Positions 46,690 through 58,880 of a stretch of DNA of 64,000 nt are shown in pieces. The position numbers and the translations under genes were made by a program. Every line of letters starts with the position of its first letter. Position 1 is the first letter of the stretch. Source of the DNA: Octopus bimaculoides (taxonomy: Eukaryota). The stretch lies in the NCBI RefSeq assembly GCF_001194135.2, contig NC_069003.1:13444809-13508808 (forward strand), written 5' to 3'. The notes beneath the pieces are model-generated. The model did no database searches and had not been told where the DNA came from. It saw nothing but the letters and a program-made list of their open reading frames with translations.

Positions 46690-49034
46690 TATCTTTTACT
46701 AGTTTCAGTCATTAGACTGCGGCCATGCTGGGGCACTGCCTTGAAGATTTTCTTTCCAGTCAAATGAATCAACACCAGAACCTTTTTTTTTGCTCTTCAG
46801 CATGTTACTTGTTTTATCTGTCTCTTTTGCCCAACTGCTAAGTTACAGGGACATAGAAAAACAAACACCAGTTTTCAAATGGTGGTGGGAGACAAACACA
46901 GACACAAAGACACACTCATGCACCACACACACACACACATACACACACACACACATAACAGGCTTCTTTCAGTTTCTGTCTACCAAATCCACTCACAAGG
47001 CTTGGCTTTGGTCAACTCGAGACTATAGTAGAAGACACTTGCCCAAGGTGCCACACATTGGGACTGAACCTGGAACCATGTGATTAGGAAGCAAAATTCT
47101 TACCACACAGCCACACCTGCACCTACATTCCTGTATATGCCTGAATTCATAAACCAGGAGTATAATGGTTATGTGTGGACAGGCATGAATGTAAGCACAG
47201 ATAGCGAAATGGTTAAAAAGTTTGATGTTCAATCATGAGATTCTTGGACAAGTCATCTACTACTGGTTAAGGTCAGTACAAGTCTTGTAAATGAAATTAA
47301 CAGAAAACTGTTCAAAAGCCCACCGTCAACTGTTAATCTCCATATTCCTTACTGGCATGGGTAAGATGATTTCACAGGATCCTACAGGTCCAAGGACTGT
47401 ATTATATTCTAATGTCTGCTTCAGCATAATTTCTACAGCTGGACACTCTTCCTAATGCCAACCACTTTACAAAGTGTAGTGAGGTTGTCATGCAGATCGC
47501 ATGACTAAGAGTCCCTTCGACTGAATAGGACTACAATAGAAAGAGAGGATTAAGGTGACAAGTAGGGAATTTCGTTTCTTCTTTGCCGAGCACTTCCTTT
47601 ATTGTGATGGTCTTGATGACTCTGTAGACCAATTCTTGCATGGAAGAGTCGACGGCATTGATTGCATTTACTCTTTTACTTGTTTCAGTCATTTGACCGC
47701 GGTCATGCTGGGGCACCGCCTTTAGTCGAACAAATCGACCCCAGGACTTATTCTTTGTAAGCCTAGCACTTATTCTGTCAGTCTCTTTTTGCCGAACCGC
47801 CAAGTTACGAGGACGTAAACACACCAGCATCGGTTGTCAAGCGACGTTGGGGGGACAAATACAGACACACAAACACATANNNNNNNNNNNNNNNNNNNNN
47901 NNNNNNNNNNNNNNNNNNNNNNNNNNNNNNNNNNNNNNNNNNNNNNNNNNNNNNNNNNNNNNNNNNNNNNNNNNNNNNNNNNNNNNNNNNNNNNNNNNNN
48001 NNNNNNNNNNNTAGCATCTACACTTTCAGATATATATACATATATACGACGGGCTTCTTTCAGTTCCTGTCTACCAAATCCACTCAAAAGGCTTTGGTCG
48101 GCCTGAGGCTATAGTAGAAGACACTTGCCCAAGGTGCCACGCAGTGGGACTGAACCCGGAACCATGTGGTTAGTAAGCAAGCTACTTACCACACAGCCAC
48201 TCCTGCGCATGGTAATGTTTGTGGAGGAGGAGACTGATTTTGTTGAGATTTTCTCTCCTGTTGTTTGATTTCTTTCTTTTCTCTTCTGGTGGCTTTGAAG
48301 TTTTTGTTTTGGTAGTGATGGAACACTGCCTCTTGATATGGTCTCAGGTTTGTGTTTCAAATGATTTAGGCACGTTATTTTGTGTACAAAGTGCAATGCA
48401 AAATTAGAGTAAGACAGCAAGACATAGGCACTGAAGGCAGAATGTGTGTGTGATGGTTGGAGAGAAAGAAAAACAAGTGTGTTCCACTTGATGTGTAATG
48501 TTCGTATGTGTTGGTGGCAGAGTCTGGATGAGTTGAGAGATAAACCAAATGGTATAAGAGGAATCAGCTGTTACATGTAAGAAGGAAAACTGTTTTGGCA
48601 TGGACGTGCGATGTATATGGACGGTAAGAGATGGGTAAAGAAGTGTCAGGAGAGCCTAGAGGAAGACCAAGGTAGACATAGACAGAAGAGGTAAAAACTT
48701 AAAAGCATACCTCTGGATGTTGTAAAGTATGCAAACAAATAGCAAAATGTTGCATTGGAAGGGAACCCACTGACCCATACAAGCATGGAAAATGGATGTG
48801 ATGATGATATTCTTTTATTCTATTTACTTGTTTCAGTCATTTGACTGTGGCCATGCTGGAGCACTGCCTTTGGTTGAACAAATCTACCCCAGGACTTATT
48901 CTTTGTAAGCCTAGTACTTATTCTATCGGGCTCTTTTGCCGAACTGCTAAGTTACTGAGACATAAACACACCAACATTGGTTGTCAAGCGATGGTGGGGG
49001 GACAAACACAGACACACACAAACACATACATACA

Positions 49035-49092
<58 letters not shown>

Positions 49093-49255
49093 ACGGGCTT
49101 CTTTCAGTTTCCATCTACCAAATCCACTCACAAGGCTTCGGTCAGCCAGAGGCTATAGTAGAAGACACTTGCCCAAGGTGCCACGCAATAGGACTGAACC
49201 TGGAACCATGTGGTTGGTAAGCAAGCTACTTACCACACAGCCACTCCTGCGCCGA
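46690..49255 (-). mobile_element. Three consecutive minus-strand SINE family A copies (~46690-47120, ~47670-48210, ~48815-49255)
   Basis: Each is the reverse complement of the family A consensus seen elsewhere in the window. Confidence 0.85.
48490..48810 (+). mobile_element. Highly decayed RTE LINE 3' fragment
   Basis: Traces of LDELRE..GIRGISC and GRPR motifs, ending in GCATGGAAAATGGATGTGATGATG. Confidence 0.55.
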
Positions 49256-49622
49256 TATGTAAATTATATTAACCCTTTGTTTGTCCTGTATATCACATGG
49301 GATATGTTCTTCTATAATGCATGAATGTTCTCTTGTTTGCTAACGATTATTATTTTATTATTAAGGTGGTGAGGTGGCAGAATCGTTAGCATACCAGGCA
49401 AAATGCATAGTGGCATTTTGTCCATTTTCACATTTTGAGTTCATATTCCACTAGGGTCAACTTTGCCTTTTCATCCTTTCAGGGTTGATAACATAAGTAC
49501 CATTTGAACACTGGGGTTGATGTTAATCGACTTACCTGCTTCCCGAAATTGCTGGCCTTGTGCCAAAATTTGAAACCATTATCATTATTATTATAATTAT
49601 CATTATCATTTGTGTATTTCAG

Positions 49623-50600
49623 GGTCCACCTCCAAGCATGCAGCAGCCAGGCTCACATGTGGCAAGTGGAACAGGTGGTGCCAATACTAGTGGGCCACCA
49701 CCAAACTTTGCACCTCCTAATTTTGGTGGCCCACCCCCTCCTTTTGGCCCACCTATGCCAAACTATCATAGCCGACCACCAATGCCTGGTCCTGGAGCCG
49801 GAGGACCAGGACCTGGCCCTGGACTAAACCAAGGCCCTGGACTAAACCAAGGCCCAGGCCCTGCACATGGCCCTGGTCCTACTCATGGCCCAGGCTCATC
49901 CCATGGACCAGGTCCAGTACCTTCCCATGGACCAGGCCCCGCACACGGCCCAGGCCCCGCACATGGCCCAGGCCCCGCACATGGCCCAGGCCCAGCTCAT
50001 GGACCTGGTCCCACTCATGGACCTGGTCCCACTCATGGACCTGGTCCCACTCATGGACCNNNNNNNNNNNNNNNNNNNNNNNNNNNNNNNNNNNNNNNNN
50101 NNNNNNNNNNNNNNNNNNNNNNNNNNNNNNNNNNNNNNNNNNNNNNNNNNNNNNNNNNNNNNNNNNNNNNNNNNNNNNNNNNNNNNNNNNNNNNNNNNNN
50201 NNNNNNNNNNNNNNNNNNNNNNNNNNNNNNNNNNNNNNNNNNNNNNNNNNNNNNNNNNNNNNNNNNNNNNNNNNNNNNNNNNNNNNNNNNNNNNNNNNNN
50301 NNNNNNNNNNNNNNNNNNNNNNNNNNNNNNNNNNNNNNGGTCCAGCTCATGGACCGGGTCCAGCTCATGGACCGGGTCCAGCTCATGGACCGGGTCCAGC
50401 TCATGGACCGGGTCCAGCTCATGGACCGGGTCCAGCTCAAGGGCCTGGTCCTGCCCAAGGGCCAGGTCCAGCCCACGGACCAGGCCCAGTCCATGGGCAG
50501 GGTCCAGCCCATGGACCTGGCCCCACACATGGACCGGGACCAGCCCATGGACCTGGCCCCAATCAACCTCCACCCCCTCAGCTGATTGATTATGGCCATG
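49623..50600 (+). CDS. CHERP: CHERP exon containing the GPGPAH hexapeptide array (internal gap 50060-50338)
   Basis: tatttcag| acceptor, |gtaagt donor, phase 0-1. Both flanks encode the same repeat; the apparent frame offset across the 279-N gap is attributed to gap-size estimation. Confidence 0.85.
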
Positions 50601-50913
50601 GTAAGTTAATATACTTATGTCTGTCTGTCTGTCTGTGTATGTGTATTTGTGCTGATGTGTATGAAATTATCTTCATCATTGTGTGTTTGTATATAATTAC
50701 ATTGTTTGTGTGTGTGTGTGTGTGTAATTTACATTCCTATGTATCTGTATCAATGTGTATGTGTGTGTGATTTAGTTTACCAACTCATGTGTTTGTAGTA
50801 GTGTGTATGCGTGTATTTGTGTATGTGTGGAACTATCTACATGTATGTGTATGTATACGTCTGTGTCTCACACACATCCACATTGTTCCAACATTGTTTC
50901 TTTGTATTTCCAG

Positions 50914-51116
50914 GTTTATTGCCTCCGCTACCCCTGGAGTTCCGTGGACCACCTACCCCTCACCCATCAGCCCCACTCCCAATGCCTGACTTCAGTAAAC
51001 CACCTCCTGGTTTCCCTCAGGCTCCACCACCAATACCTCTACCCACAGAAATGGACCTCACCCCATCTGTCCCTTACTATGAACTCCCAGCTGGATTAAT
51101 GTCTCTTTTGGTTAAC
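50914..51116 (+). CDS. CHERP: CHERP exon (LLPPLPLEF...PSVPYYELPAGLMSLLVN)
   Basis: tatttccag| acceptor, |gtaagt donor, 203 nt, phase 1-0. Confidence 0.95.
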
Positions 51117-51137
51117 GTAAGTCTCTCTCTCTCTTGT

Positions 51138-51176
<39 letters not shown>

Positions 51177-51327
51177 TTACATTCACTCATTTTCTTTCCC
51201 TTCAACCCTGTCTCCTTACCATCTCTCTTTCTCTCTTAACTATTTCATTAACATTCATACACACATACAAACACTCTCTCTCTCTTTCTCCCCCTCCTCC
51301 CACATGATATACACATACACTCTAAAT

Positions 51328-51614
51328 CAGTGGTTCCCAAACTTTCTCTGGCTGCCACCCCCTTGGCACTCAGGCTACATTCCTAGCAACCCTCTCAGCA
51401 CAAACACAACTCTGTAACAAATTCAAAATTACTGTATTTCACAAATAAAACTTGACCTATTTAACCCATTATTTTGGGTTCTTTTCACATCCATCGTCCC
51501 CTTTTGACCATCCCATTTTCACCCCACTTTTCTTCAATACCCCCTTGGATCATTCCATTCCACACACACCCACTCCACCGGGTGTGGCTGTACCATCCAC
51601 TTTGAGAACCTCTG
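51328..51614. mobile_element. hAT (Charlie-like) MITE, different interior
   Basis: TIRs CAGTGGTTCCCAAA / TTTGAGAACCTCTG; TSD ctctaaat / ctctaaac (7/8 match). Confidence 0.85.
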
Positions 51615-51827
51615 CTCTAAACCATCTTTCACCCTGTTCTGTAGCCATACCCTTTTCTCCCTCTCTTAAACACCATCACACTCTCTTGCTCTGTCTTTCT
51701 TCATTTCTCTCCTTTCCTCTCACTGTTTGTCATATGTTATTATCTCATCAATGATGAGACCAAACCTCCCTCTCCTAATGATGATGTCCACTAAAGCCTG
51801 TCTGCCCTCCTGTTTCTGTTGTTCCAG

Positions 51828-51961
51828 TTGGAGGACTGTGATTACAAGGCCCTCGATCCCAAGGACATCCGATTGCCCCCTCCAATGCCACCAAGTGAGC
51901 GACTACTAGCAGCTGTGGAAGCCTTCTATAGTGCCCCGTCACATGACAGGCCGAGGGACAG
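51828..51961 (+). CDS. CHERP: CHERP exon (LEDCDYKALDPKDIRLPPPMPPSERLLAAVEAFYSAPSHDRPRD)
   Basis: gttccag| acceptor, |gtgagt donor, 134 nt, phase 0-2; highly conserved CHERP motif. Confidence 0.97.
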
Positions 51962-53643
51962 GTGAGTCAGCTTTACTTCAACACATACATGCTTCACAGG
52001 GGACGATTGTGCACTGACATGCTTCGCACACATTTCAGCTCTGCACATACACACACATCTAACAGTACTCCTTACCTTTCTACATAAATATATATGTATA
52101 TATATTACACCCCGACACATATACAGATACATGTAACTGTGCATATACACATGTAATAGTATACATACATACATGCATACACATACACACTTCAACACAA
52201 ATACGCATATGTAATAGTACAGACGTTCATACACATACCTATTTCAGCACAGGCACTCACATGTAATTGCACATTACCTCCACACACACACACACATTTC
52301 AGCACACATACACACATATATAACATTACACATACATATAGCACTTCAAAATTTGAATTTCATGGTTATTCCACTAATGAATGTTAAATATCTACCAAAA
52401 AATAGAATTGGTATTTTCTGCAAGTCACGTTGCCTCAATAAACTTGACGTACCACAACAAAAAAATTAGTTCCAAAAATGACATTCCTCAATAAAACATA
52501 GATTGGTATATAAAGCTGCTTTCCCACAGTTAAGGGTATTGAAATTTTGGGTGGATATATTTGATTTCCATACTGAAAAGGTTTAACCAAAGCATGCTTT
52601 CCAAAATGTTAAGGATCCTATGCAAAATCCCTATATACCTGTAAAGATATGTTGAAATGATTCATTTTCAACAAGATGTTGATATTGGGACGATTTCTTC
52701 CAGATCTACACTGGAAGAGACAGGAAAATATTTGTCTTGAAAATGTCGCATCCACTTTTGTCACGCACGTCACAACAGGAGTTGCCAAAACATTGGATAG
52801 CATGCTTGGCAGTGTTTGTTCTGGTTTTCTGTGATCCCTGTTCAAATCCTGGCGAAGTCAACTTTGTCTTATCCTTTCAGGGATTCAGTCCCTGAAAGAA
52901 AGAAATGAAGACAAAGTTTATAGTTCTTCCAGCCCGAGGATACTGGACCGGTAGAACTATAACAACCTTGAACCAAGCCAGGTCAGATGTCTTGTGGTGC
53001 TTGTTATGACTCATTGCGTTCTGAGTTCAAATCCCACCATCAGCCAGTTTAACACCAACACCTATCATCTCAGGTGTATCTTTAGTGGAAATCTATTTGT
53101 TGTAGAGATTCAGGCTTGGACTCTGGTTTGAGGATATTCATAACTCCTCCACCACACTCTATCCTAGTAGTCCCAGAGACCCTGTAAAGGATTAGGGACA
53201 CTGTCTTCTCTTCTAACTAATACACGTGTGTGTGTGCATGTATAGGTACAGGCATGGGTATGTGGTTAAAAATTTGAACCCATGGTTATGGGTTCAGTCC
53301 CACTGTGCAACACATTGGACCACTATCTTCTACTATAGCCTTGGACCAACCAAAGCCTTGTGAATGGATTTGGTAGACGGAAACTGAAAGAAGCCTGTCT
53401 TTGTTAATGTTACTGTAGTTGTTGTTTAGCCCAAGGTCATCTCTTAGACAGACCGCTGATAAAAGACATTGTAACTATGATCGTCCTGTTTCCAGACATA
53501 ATGTATCTAGTGTGTCCTTTTTTAATGTGGTATTGTGTGATTTAACAGAGTTTTAGCTGCTATTTCTAGCTGGTTGAATGATTGCATAGAATTTCCTTGA
53601 TTAAGATTTGTTGTATTATTGATGTTGTTGTTTGTTGTTTCAG

Positions 53644-53841
53644 CGAGGGCTGGGAGAAACTAGGCCTCTATGAGTTCCTCAAGGCGAAACAGAAAGCTAA
53701 GAAGATCCGAGACCGAGAACTGGAGAAGGAGAAAGAGAAAGAGAAACACCAGCCGTCCGACCGCTTCCGAGGTCGGTCAAGTTCTCCGCCTCCAAGACCT
53801 CGGTCACGTTCCAACTCACCACGAACACGATCTCGTAGAAG
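53644..53841 (+). CDS. CHERP: CHERP exon (EGWEKLGLYEFLKAK... start of RS region)
   Basis: tgtttcag| acceptor, AG|gtatga donor, 198 nt, phase 2-2; an alternative in-frame donor lies at 53856/53857. Confidence 0.92.
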
Positions 53842-54060
53842 GTATGATGCTAAGAGGTACAAACAGCTTTTGTCTACATTTCTTTTGCTATTGGCGGGGA
53901 GGGAGGACAATAATAAGTTTCCCCAACATCTGAGCATTGTGGGCCCTTTGCCTGCTACTATGGACAACATATGACCTTTTACCACCACTGAGGGTAATGT
54001 AGGAGTTTTCCTCTGCCAATTTGAGTAGCATTGTTCAAGTTACCACTGAGTAATATTGTA

Positions 54061-54278
54061 GAAGGGGGTGCTGTAAAGTTCCTGGCTTTAAAGGTGCCGC
54101 GAAAGGCCTGGTTAGAGACCCGACTTTCTTAGTTCTTTTACAGGGCTTAGAAAAATTGAAGGACTGCTGCAGTAAGTCTGTGAATCTGAGAGAGAAATAT
54201 CCTCAATAAAATCATAACTAATTGATCCTCCTGTATTTTCTTTTACCCAAAGCCAGGAACTTTTTCAGCAGCCCCTCG
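54061..54278. mobile_element. Mariner-type MITE, 218 bp, TA target-site duplication
   Basis: Imperfect TIRs GAAGGGGGTGCTGTAAAGTTCCTGGC / GCCAGGAACTTTTTCAGCAGCCCCTCG; TA on both sides. Confidence 0.88.
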
Positions 54279-54290
54279 TACTTCTCCAAT

Positions 54291-54492
54291 CAGTACTCAC
54301 TTTTGTTGTACTATACCCACCTCTGTACACTACCCATCTCTGTCGTACTGTACTCACCTCTGACATACAGTACCCACCTTGACTGTACTGTACCCACTTC
54401 TGTCATACCATACTCATCTCTACTGTACACTACTCACTTCAGTCGTACTGGCGTTCTGTATTCACCTTCACTGTACAGTACTCACCTCTACT
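54291..54492. repeat. 20-bp minisatellite, about 10 units (TAC(T/C)CA(C/T)CTCTGTCGTACTG-like)
   Basis: Unit starts at 54294, 54314, 54331, 54351, 54371, 54391, 54411, 54431, 54459, 54479. Confidence 0.9.
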
Positions 54493-55056
54493 AAATCCCT
54501 TCACTAATAATCCCTCTTGTTTCTAAAAAGTATATTGTTGTTGTTGTTGTTACTAAAATGAGGGGAATATGTCAACCACATGGACAGCCAATCCAGTGGT
54601 CAGCTGTTCCAGTTTGTTGCAAGTCTTTTATTATGTTTGTGAGTAGAACACTTTTTAGCATTCAATCAAAAAAAAAAAAGGTATCTTACCTGTTATGAGA
54701 GGTTCAGATACCAATATTATGGACAATGTTGTCGCTGAAAACCAAGTCTTTGGATAGATCTTCATTACATTCCTGAGTAATAAACATATGTTAACTTCCC
54801 TCCATCAGCTTACTACAGATGGGGGTCCATTGTTTGTTGTTTTGTTTTAACCCCTTCTGTTACAATATTTCTGTTGAAATACACTTCCTTTGTTTTTGTT
54901 AATTTTTAAAATAAGATGAGTTTAGTCAAATAACTGTCATTAACCCTTTAGTATTCAAACTGACCATATCTGGCCCAAATAATCTAACTGCTTTTCGTTC
55001 AAAAGTGCTATTTTCTGTATGTTATATACATTCATAAGTCCTGATGTTTTGTTTCT

Positions 55057-55151
<95 letters not shown>

Positions 55152-55185
55152 GTTGTTGTTGTTATTTATAATCTCTTTCACTCAG

Positions 55186-55275
55186 GTCCCACTCCAGGTC
55201 ACATTCAAGATCTAAGTCAAAATCTCCACTGCCCTACCTGCGCAGTAGCAAGTCTCGATCACCTTCTCCTTCCAG
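55186..55275 (+). CDS. CHERP: CHERP RS-rich exon (SHSRSHSRSKSKSPLPYLRSSKSRSPSPS); donor lost in gap
   Basis: tctctttcactcag| acceptor, phase 2; ends TCC AG at the gap edge, compatible with the phase-2 start of the next exon. Confidence 0.85.
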
Positions 55276-55803
55276 NNNNNNNNNNNNNNNNNNNNNNNNN
55301 NNNNNNNNNNNNNNNNNNNNNNNNNNNNNNNNNNNNNNNNNNNNNNNNNNNNNNNNNNNNNNNNNNNNNNNNNNNNNNNNNNNNNNNNNNNNNNNNNNNN
55401 NNNNNNNNNNNNNNNNNNNNNNNNNNNNNNNNNNNNNNNNNNNNNNNNNNNNNNNNNNNNNNNNNNNNNNNNNNNNNNNNNNNNNNNNNNNNNNNNNNNN
55501 NNNNNNNNNNNNNNNNNNNNNNNNNNNNNNNNNNNNNNNNNNNNNNNNNNNNNNNNNNNNNNNNNNNNNNNNNNNNNNNNNNNNNNNNNNNNNNNNNNNN
55601 NNNNNNNNNNNNNNNNNNNNNNNNNNNNNNNNNNNNNNNNNNNNNNNNNNNNNNNNNNNNNNNNNNNNNNNNNNNNNNNNNNNNNNNNNNNNNNNNNNNN
55701 NNNNNNNNNNNNNNNNNNNNNNNNNNNNNNNNNNNNNNNNNNNNNNNNNNNNNNNNNNNNNNNNNNNNNNNNNNNNNNNNNNNNNNNNNNNNNNNNNNNN
55801 NNN

Positions 55804-56130
55804 TCCCACTGCGTGGCACTTTGGGCAAGTGTCTTCTACTATAGCCTCGGGCTGACTAAAGCCTTGTGAGTGGATTTGGTAGACGGAAACTGAAAGAAGC
55901 CCGTCGTATATATGTATATATATGTGTGTGTGTGTCTGTGTTTGTCCCCCCAACATCGATTGACAACCGATGGTGGTGTGTTTACGTCCCTGTAACTTAG
56001 CGGTTCGGCAAAAGAGACCGATAGAATAAGTACTAGGCTTCCAAAGAATAAGTCCTGGGGTCAATTTGCCTAACTAAAGGCGGTGCTCCAGCATGGCCGC
56101 AGTCAAATGACTGAAACAAGTAAAAGAATA
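55804..56130 (+). mobile_element. SINE family A copy, 5' end in gap; more copies at ~14420-14695(-), 37500-37930, 58080-58420, 59405-59765
   Basis: Conserved body and tail. Confidence 0.85.
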
Positions 56131-57171
56131 AAAAAATACATGTGCCTTACAGAAATTTCTGTGGGCTGCAGGGTGGCCACAACTGATGTAGATGCTCGCA
56201 GTAATGGGGCACTAGTTGCCTTCTAGGGATCCCCTTTGTCATTTTCTGCAGTGTTGATGTATCCTGTTTGAAAAATATATTGCAAAATGGTGGGATATCA
56301 GAAAACAGACAATAAACATGTATTTTTCGTTTATTTCATTTCATTTAAATAGTTAAAATTCTGTTATAGTTAGCTTTACCTTTTCTCTTTTAGGGGTTGA
56401 TGAAATAAAGTACCGGTCATGTACTGTGGTCAGTAAAAAAACCCTAGCCTGCCAAAATTTCTGACCTTGTCCCTAAATCTATAACAATTATTATTATTAA
56501 GTATTAGGGTCAGTGATACTGACTGACCACCTTCTTTCTAAACTCCTGGCCTCATACCTTCTTTGGGAGTTTGAATAAATATAACAAAAGCCTTATAAAT
56601 GGATTTAGGAAGTAGAAACTGAAAGAAGCCCATTGTGTGTGTGAGTGAATGAATGAATTAGTGAGTGAGTGAGTCTATTTGTCTCCCACCACAGGTTGAC
56701 AACCAGGACTAGTTTGTTTACATCCCTGAAAGTTAACAGTTCAGCAAAAGAAACCGATAGAATGAGTAAGGACCAGGCTTGAGAAACTCAATGAGGTACT
56801 TCTATTTATAGTGAACAAGAACATATAAATATGGTTTTAAAAGCACATAATTTATAATAAAATCACAAAAGTAGTGGGAAAGAAAATACAGCACAAAATG
56901 GTCTCGGTACCATAAATAAATGAAAAAAATATCCATAAATGCAAGGTGCAGGTGTGACTGTGTGATAAGAAATTTGTTTCTCAACTACATGGTTCCAGGT
57001 TCAGTCCCACTGCATGGTACCAAAATGGGCTTGGTAAGCAAAATTTTAAACTGAACAGCAGGGATGTCACTTAGACTTGTCCTTTTTCCTTTCTTCCTCC
57101 TTTCCATTTTCTGTTACCTTGCTTACACCAAAACTAATCGCTCCTGCTTCTCTTGTCTGTCTTCCGTGTAG

Positions 57172-57257
57172 TGGCGGTGAAAACTTCTTGCAGCCTCCCA
57201 TGTTTGACCAAAGGATCGGAGAAGATAACAAAGGCCACCAAATGCTGATGAAGATGG
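57172..57257 (+). CDS. CHERP: CHERP exon, G-patch 5' half (GGENFLQPPMFDQRIGEDNKGHQMLMKM)
   Basis: cttccgtgtag| acceptor, |gtaagt donor, 86 nt, phase 2-1. Confidence 0.94.
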
Positions 57258-58164
57258 GTAAGTTGAGTTTGGCTGACTGGCACCACCCACCTGGTCAACC
57301 ATTTTTCTCATTTCTTGTTTATTAAGTTAGGGTTGGTTTGTAACAGAAGTGTGGCATTGGGGCTACGAGGCATCCTCATCATCAACATTTAACATCCGTT
57401 TTCCTTGCTGGCATGAGTTGGCTGGCTTGACAGGAACTGGCAAGACCAGGGACTGCACCAGGTTCCATGGTCTGTTTTGGCTTGGTTTCAACAGCTGGAT
57501 GTCCTCTTTAATGCCAACTCCTTCACAGAGTGTATTGGGTACTTTTTTGACATGGCACCAGCACTAGTGCTTTTTATGTGACATGAGAATCCACTGAGGT
57601 AATTTAATATCCCCTCTTCGTTGTCTGAGTCACTCCTCTCAGAAAATGTGCAAGGATGGTAACAGGGTGAGAAATATGTCAATGAGTGAGTTAAGAAAGG
57701 TCGGGAAAAGAGATGTTGATGTATTGAGATGGTGGGGCAAGGAGGTGGGGGTGACACACAGTGCTGGTGGCTAGGGGGGGTAGGGATGACGGTACTGATG
57801 TGCTTTGATTGTAGTCACTAGTAAATGTCTGTGCACATGCACTCAAAGGTAGAAGTGAAATGGGCCCTTATCAATGATCAGAATACCTGCTGGGTGGTGG
57901 TGGGGGTGTTGACAGACAGATGTGTTGTGTTGTTTCTGTTTCTGACGAGAATCCTCATCATCTGACATCTGCCTTCCATGCATTCATTGGGTTGAATGGG
58001 TTTTTGCAGTCTAAGTAGTTCTTATCCAAGACTTAACTGCCCCTCCACCTACCCCATCCAACAATTGGAAACTTGCATCTTGGGCAAGTGTCTTCTACTA
58101 CAGCCTCAGGCCAACCAAAGATTTGTGAATGGATTTGGCAGATGGAAACTGAAAGAACCCTATC

Positions 58165-58226
<62 letters not shown>

Positions 58227-58661
58227 ATGTTTGTCCTCCCTTCATCACTTGACACCTGGTATTGGTTTGTTTACCTCCCCCATAACTTTGCGGTTCAGCA
58301 AAGAGGCCAATAGAATAAGTACTAGACTTAAAAATAAATCTTGGGGTTGATTTGTTCGACAAAAACACTTTAAGGTGGTGCTCCAGCATTGCCACAGTCA
58401 AACGACAGAAACAAGTAAAAAAAAAAAATTCCATTTTTTTCCCCCCTGTTTTCCACAACTTGGTTCCCTTTCTAACACCAACCACTTTACTGTGTTCTGG
58501 GTCTATTCTATTATGACACACGCACCTGTGAGATTGGCCTGTTATTGCATATGACTAATGAACATTGATGGTAATGAATGATGATGGAGTTTGTCTGTCT
58601 GTCTGTCTGCTAGAATATGTTGATAATACATTCATATATCTTGTTTCTGTTTGTCATTTAG

Positions 58662-58880
58662 GTTGGAGTGGCAAGGGTCTTGGCGTCACAGAACAGGGCA
58701 TAGTTGACCCTATATCAGGAGGTGACTGTCGCAACCGGCAGGACATGTACAAGGGAGTAGGATTTGAGATAAAAGATCCATTTGAGTTGAAAGATCCGTT
58801 TGAGCAGTTCCGTAAGAGCAAAAGCCAAGGTTTTATCCAGCGAATGAAGGCAAGGGACGAGGCAAGAATCGGAGAAAAAG
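58662..58880 (+). CDS. CHERP: CHERP exon, G-patch 3' half and C-terminus (WSGKGLG...FIQRMKARDEARIGEK)
   Basis: tgtcatttag| acceptor, phase 1. A likely AG|gtaatt donor follows 58880; read-through would instead end at the stop at 58966. Confidence 0.93.

Larger units (their letters stand above)
21507..58880 (+). other. CHERP: Span of visible CHERP gene model (16 coding exons; 5' exon(s) and probable final exon not seen)
   Basis: Exons translate to recognisable CHERP segments in order (QPIIESCTKDAI, KLHLIYLINDLLHHC, PYYELPAGLM, LDPKDIRLPPPMPPSERLLAAVEAFY, EGWEKLGLYEF, GEDNKGHQMLMKMGWSGKGLG, FIQRMKARDE). All visible junctions are GT-AG and phases match wherever both sides are sequenced. Confidence 0.96.

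Noticed and set aside
47590-47650. TTGATGACTCT...AGAGTCGACGG as a hammerhead
   Set aside because: A 6-bp stem is present, but it needs two separate deletions to restore the core and has no stem I.
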